From Macrostomum lignano (lineage: Eukaryota): 64,000 bases of DNA. The translations under genes and the position numbers were made by a program. The stretch covers positions 248,001-312,000 of the forward strand of contig NIVC01000212.1 in assembly GCA_002269645.1 (NCBI GenBank), read 5' to 3'. Below, piece after piece: positions 60,891-64,000 of the stretch. Every line of letters begins with the position of its first letter. Position 1 is the first letter of the stretch. The notes under the pieces were generated by a model. It had not been told where the DNA came from. It searched no databases and saw only the letters and a program-made list of their open reading frames with translations.

Positions 60891-62601
60891 TCGAAGCCCT
60901 AAGAGACCAAGTGATCAAATATTGGCGCTCTTTAGCGTAGCGAACCTCTCTCTAATTAACATTCCAGCGCAATGTGATGCTAAATTTTTGACAATGTAGA
61001 AATTGTGTAGGACAATGTTATAAGTCCAGGGACGCACAGCTGAAGGAAGGGAGCAACTACATAACAATAAGTAAGCAAGCAATATTCACAAATATTTTTC
61101 TATAATAATCACTTCCTACTCTATCTCTTTTCTTTTACTCTACTAATAAAATTGGGAGCACGATATACATTTATGCTACTAAACTAAGTAGCTTAACTGG
61201 ACTTTGTTCCTACAATCAACAGTTCAAAGCACCCAGGACTAAACCACACGCTAACCTTAATAATCTTACAAAAGTACAAAAGTTTAGACCAACTGTATCT
61301 CGAGTTGGCGTGGCAGGTTTTAGCATAGACAAATATTTTAAAATGTACCCTCTTTTTCGTTCCCACTGCTCACTGTTAGTTCGAAATTTAACAGACTTGC
61401 AAGACTGAATCGAATACACGTTGTTTTTTGGAACGAAACTTTCTTTAATTAAAAAAGTTGTCAAATAAAAAATGCAAACAAACAAACTATTGTGTAGCGT
61501 TCGTAGCCACACGTATTTATTGAGCCGCTAATTCAACAAAAGCAATCACAAACAAATCAAAGAGATGACAAAAAGGTTTCGAAAAATTAAGCAACAGAAA
61601 GTATACAATTGTCTACATGTGTGATGTGCATGATAATGAAAATTACTATAAAAGCAATAGAAATAATAAAAGCATAAATATAGTCACAAGAAAAAGCTAA
61701 TTAAGCAACTACTGAAGAAAACAGCAAGCTGGAAGATTAAGAATGCTAAAAAATCAAATTGCACAATTAATTGATATTTAGGTTTAACAATAATAAAATA
61801 TAAAAACGTCAAATATTGCACAATGAAGTCACTGCGTGTTCAACTGCAAATCGATAAAATGGCTGATAAAAACAAAAGTAATTGCTTAGTCTAAATTCAG
61901 TCTAAAATACAAATGACAAAAGTGCGTTTCAGAGTCAAGTCTCTCATTTCCTATTCTACCTGTGTCATCTGCAACTATTTCGAAACGACTCAGAGACCGC
62001 GCAAGTGACCCCAGAACACGTCTTGGCCTGGGTACGGTTTTCATCGGATCAAGCATCACTGAAATGACAAACCTAAGAAAAGAAAGCCTTAAGAAATGAT
62101 AAAAGCAGTCGCAAAAATGGCACAAAGAAGCGGTTAGCAGTTAATAGGAGAATAAGCGATAGCAACTTTTTAAAAAATGCGAATAAACAAGAGAGTAAAC
62201 TTTCCTGAAAACAATAGCAACCAAACAAGATTAAAGCACCAACTTAATTCAGCTGTAGTGTTGACGCAAAATTTACAGGAAAAGCAGCTAATGAATATAA
62301 AATAATAAATAGATAAGCAAAATTATATAAATAAAAGCATAGGCTAAATGAGAACAATATATAAATATTTTTTCGATCCAAAAGTTGGTAAAAATAGCAA
62401 AATAAAATCGACTGCAGCATACATGCAGTCAGCTGTTCAACCCAGTTGCGCTCTTGTTACTCGTGCACGCTCAGGTAAGCGCATGGACAAAAATATTTGT
62501 GCGGGAGTTAAGCAGAGCAATGACCTTGTTAAAGGCCATGGACATCGGAGGATCGTTTTCTTAAATGTTTCTTTAGGAAAAAAAGTTTACCATTTTTAAA
62601 G

Positions 62602-63292
62602 ATCTGGGGGTCTGGTTTAGCAACTGATGATCTGGGAGGCTGGCCCACCAACTGGGGATCTAAGAGGCTGGCCCACCAACTGGGGATCTGGGAGGCTGGC
62701 CCAGAAACTGGGGATCTGGGAGGCTGGCCCAGAAACTGGGGATCTGGGAGGCTGGCCCAGTTACTTGAGGATCTGGGAGGCTGGCCAAGCAACTAAGGAT
62801 CTGGGAGGCTGGCCCAGCAACTGAGGATCTGGGAGGCTGGCCCACCAACTCGGGATCTGGGAGGTTGGCCCATTAACTAGGTGATCTGTAAGGATTGGTG
62901 GCACAGCAACTGAGGATCTGGGAGGCTGGCCCAGCAACTGACACTCTGGGAGGCTGGCCCACCAACTGAGGATCTGTGAGGCTGGCCCAGCAACTGACAC
63001 TCTGGGAGGCTGGCCCAGCAACTGAGGATCTGGGAGGCTGGCCCAGCAACTGAGGATCTGGGAGGCTGGCCCAGCAACTGAGAATCTGTGAGGCTGGCCC
63101 AGCAATTGAGGATCTGGTAGGCTGGCCCAGCAACTGAGGATCTGGGAGGCTGGCCCAGCAACTGAGGATCTGGGAGGCTGGCCCAGCAACTGAGGATCTG
63201 GGAGGCTGGCCCAGCAACTGAGGATCTGTGAGGCTGGCCCAGCAACTGAGGATCTGGGAGGCTGGCACAGCAACTAAGGATCTGGGAGGATG
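62602..63292. repeat. Minisatellite, 28-bp unit (ggatctgggaggctggcccagcaactga)
   Basis: About 24 units, just downstream of the NHL gene stop. Confidence 0.95.
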
Positions 63293-63372
63293 GGTGGCCC
63301 AGTAACTGAGATAAGAAGGGGCAAAATATGAATAGTAAGAAAAGTCAGTCAGACTAGTCCAACACACGCCAG

Positions 63373-63720
63373 TTAAGCAAGCGAATAAACATAGACAGAG
63401 TTCTGACCGCCTAGCAGAGCCAAGTGGCCGGACTCGCTCAGAGCAAATTTCCGACACTTGCAGAACGTGCCAAGCTCCAGCTCTATGGATTTCAGCAGGG
63501 CGCCGGCGGTAACTCCGATTGACGGCGCGCTGTCTGCTGCTAGGACAGTCAGAATAGCGCAATAACAGCCGGCGGTGGATGAGCTGGTAGGGCGCTTTAG
63601 AACGGCCGAGCCGACAACAACAATGGCGCCGTCCGTGTGACGAACTGCAACACCGCAAGGCTGATCGGTGATGCCAGGACCGCCTAGCTTAGATAACAGA
63701 TCGCCAATGTAATTGTACAC
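63373..63720 (-). CDS. Terminal exon of an NHL-repeat / beta-propeller protein; upstream exons lie beyond the right edge
   Basis: Acceptor ccttcag|GTG. VYNYIGDLLSKLGGPGITDQPCGVAVRHTDGAIVV is a typical NHL blade, and the exon ends …FALSESGHLALLGGQNSVYVYSLA*. Confidence 0.7.
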   Translation of the reverse strand: MYNYIGDLLSKLGGPGITDQPCGVAVRHTDGAIVVVGSAVLKRPTSSSTAGCYCAILTVLAADSAPSIGVTAGALLKSIELELGTFCKCRKFALSESGHLALLGGQNSVYVYSLA

Positions 63721-63849
63721 CTGAAGGGATTGCGTAGATAATGATATAATTAGTATGAAAATCAATTATACTCGCATAGCCGTAGCCCATTTAGTGCATG
63801 TTAATGAATTTTTTCAAGTGTTAAAAGCCACAAATGTAAGCTAGACATC

Positions 63850-64000
63850 TAGCTGGAGCCAAGCTGTACAGATATCAAGTTGGAGATAACCTGTACAGAT
63901 ATCAAGTTGGAACCAAGCTGTACAGATATAAAGTTCGGACCAAGCTGTACAGTCATCAAGCTGGAGCCAAGATGTACAGATATCAAGCTGGAGCCAAGCT
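63850..64000. repeat. Minisatellite, 27-bp unit (gctgtacagatatcaagttggaaccaa), truncated by the window edge
   Basis: About 5 units visible, inside the NHL gene intron. Confidence 0.85.

Overview
This is eukaryotic (metazoan invertebrate) genomic DNA, not prokaryotic: genes have GT-AG introns, coding exons are GC-richer than the AT-rich intergenic DNA, and roughly 17-18 kb (about 28%) is made of about 25 distinct tandem arrays, most with 16-34 bp units. The style would fit a free-living flatworm such as Macrostomum, but that is inference only. Genes I can reconstruct by hand: a Rieske-domain gene (minus, runs off the left edge); an ankyrin-repeat TRP channel whose long exon carries an in-frame TAA and a +1 frameshift; a C-type lectin-like exon interrupted by a perfect 119 x 11 bp array; an intronless Cip/Kip-like CDK inhibitor; BDP1; CZIB/C1orf123; a SPATA2/tamozhennic-type PUB protein; a single-pass membrane protein exon; a secreted PAN/apple + F-type lectin; and the last exon of an NHL-repeat protein. 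Also present are hAT-type MITEs (one with a perfect 8-bp TSD), fold-back elements, tRNA-like SINE heads, a LINE remnant and two RFX X-box motifs. There is no CRISPR array, rRNA or intact transposase. I cannot support a clearly new biological system. The best leads are the lectin with a frame-switching repeat, the split TRP channel, the divergent CKI and the extreme minisatellite density.
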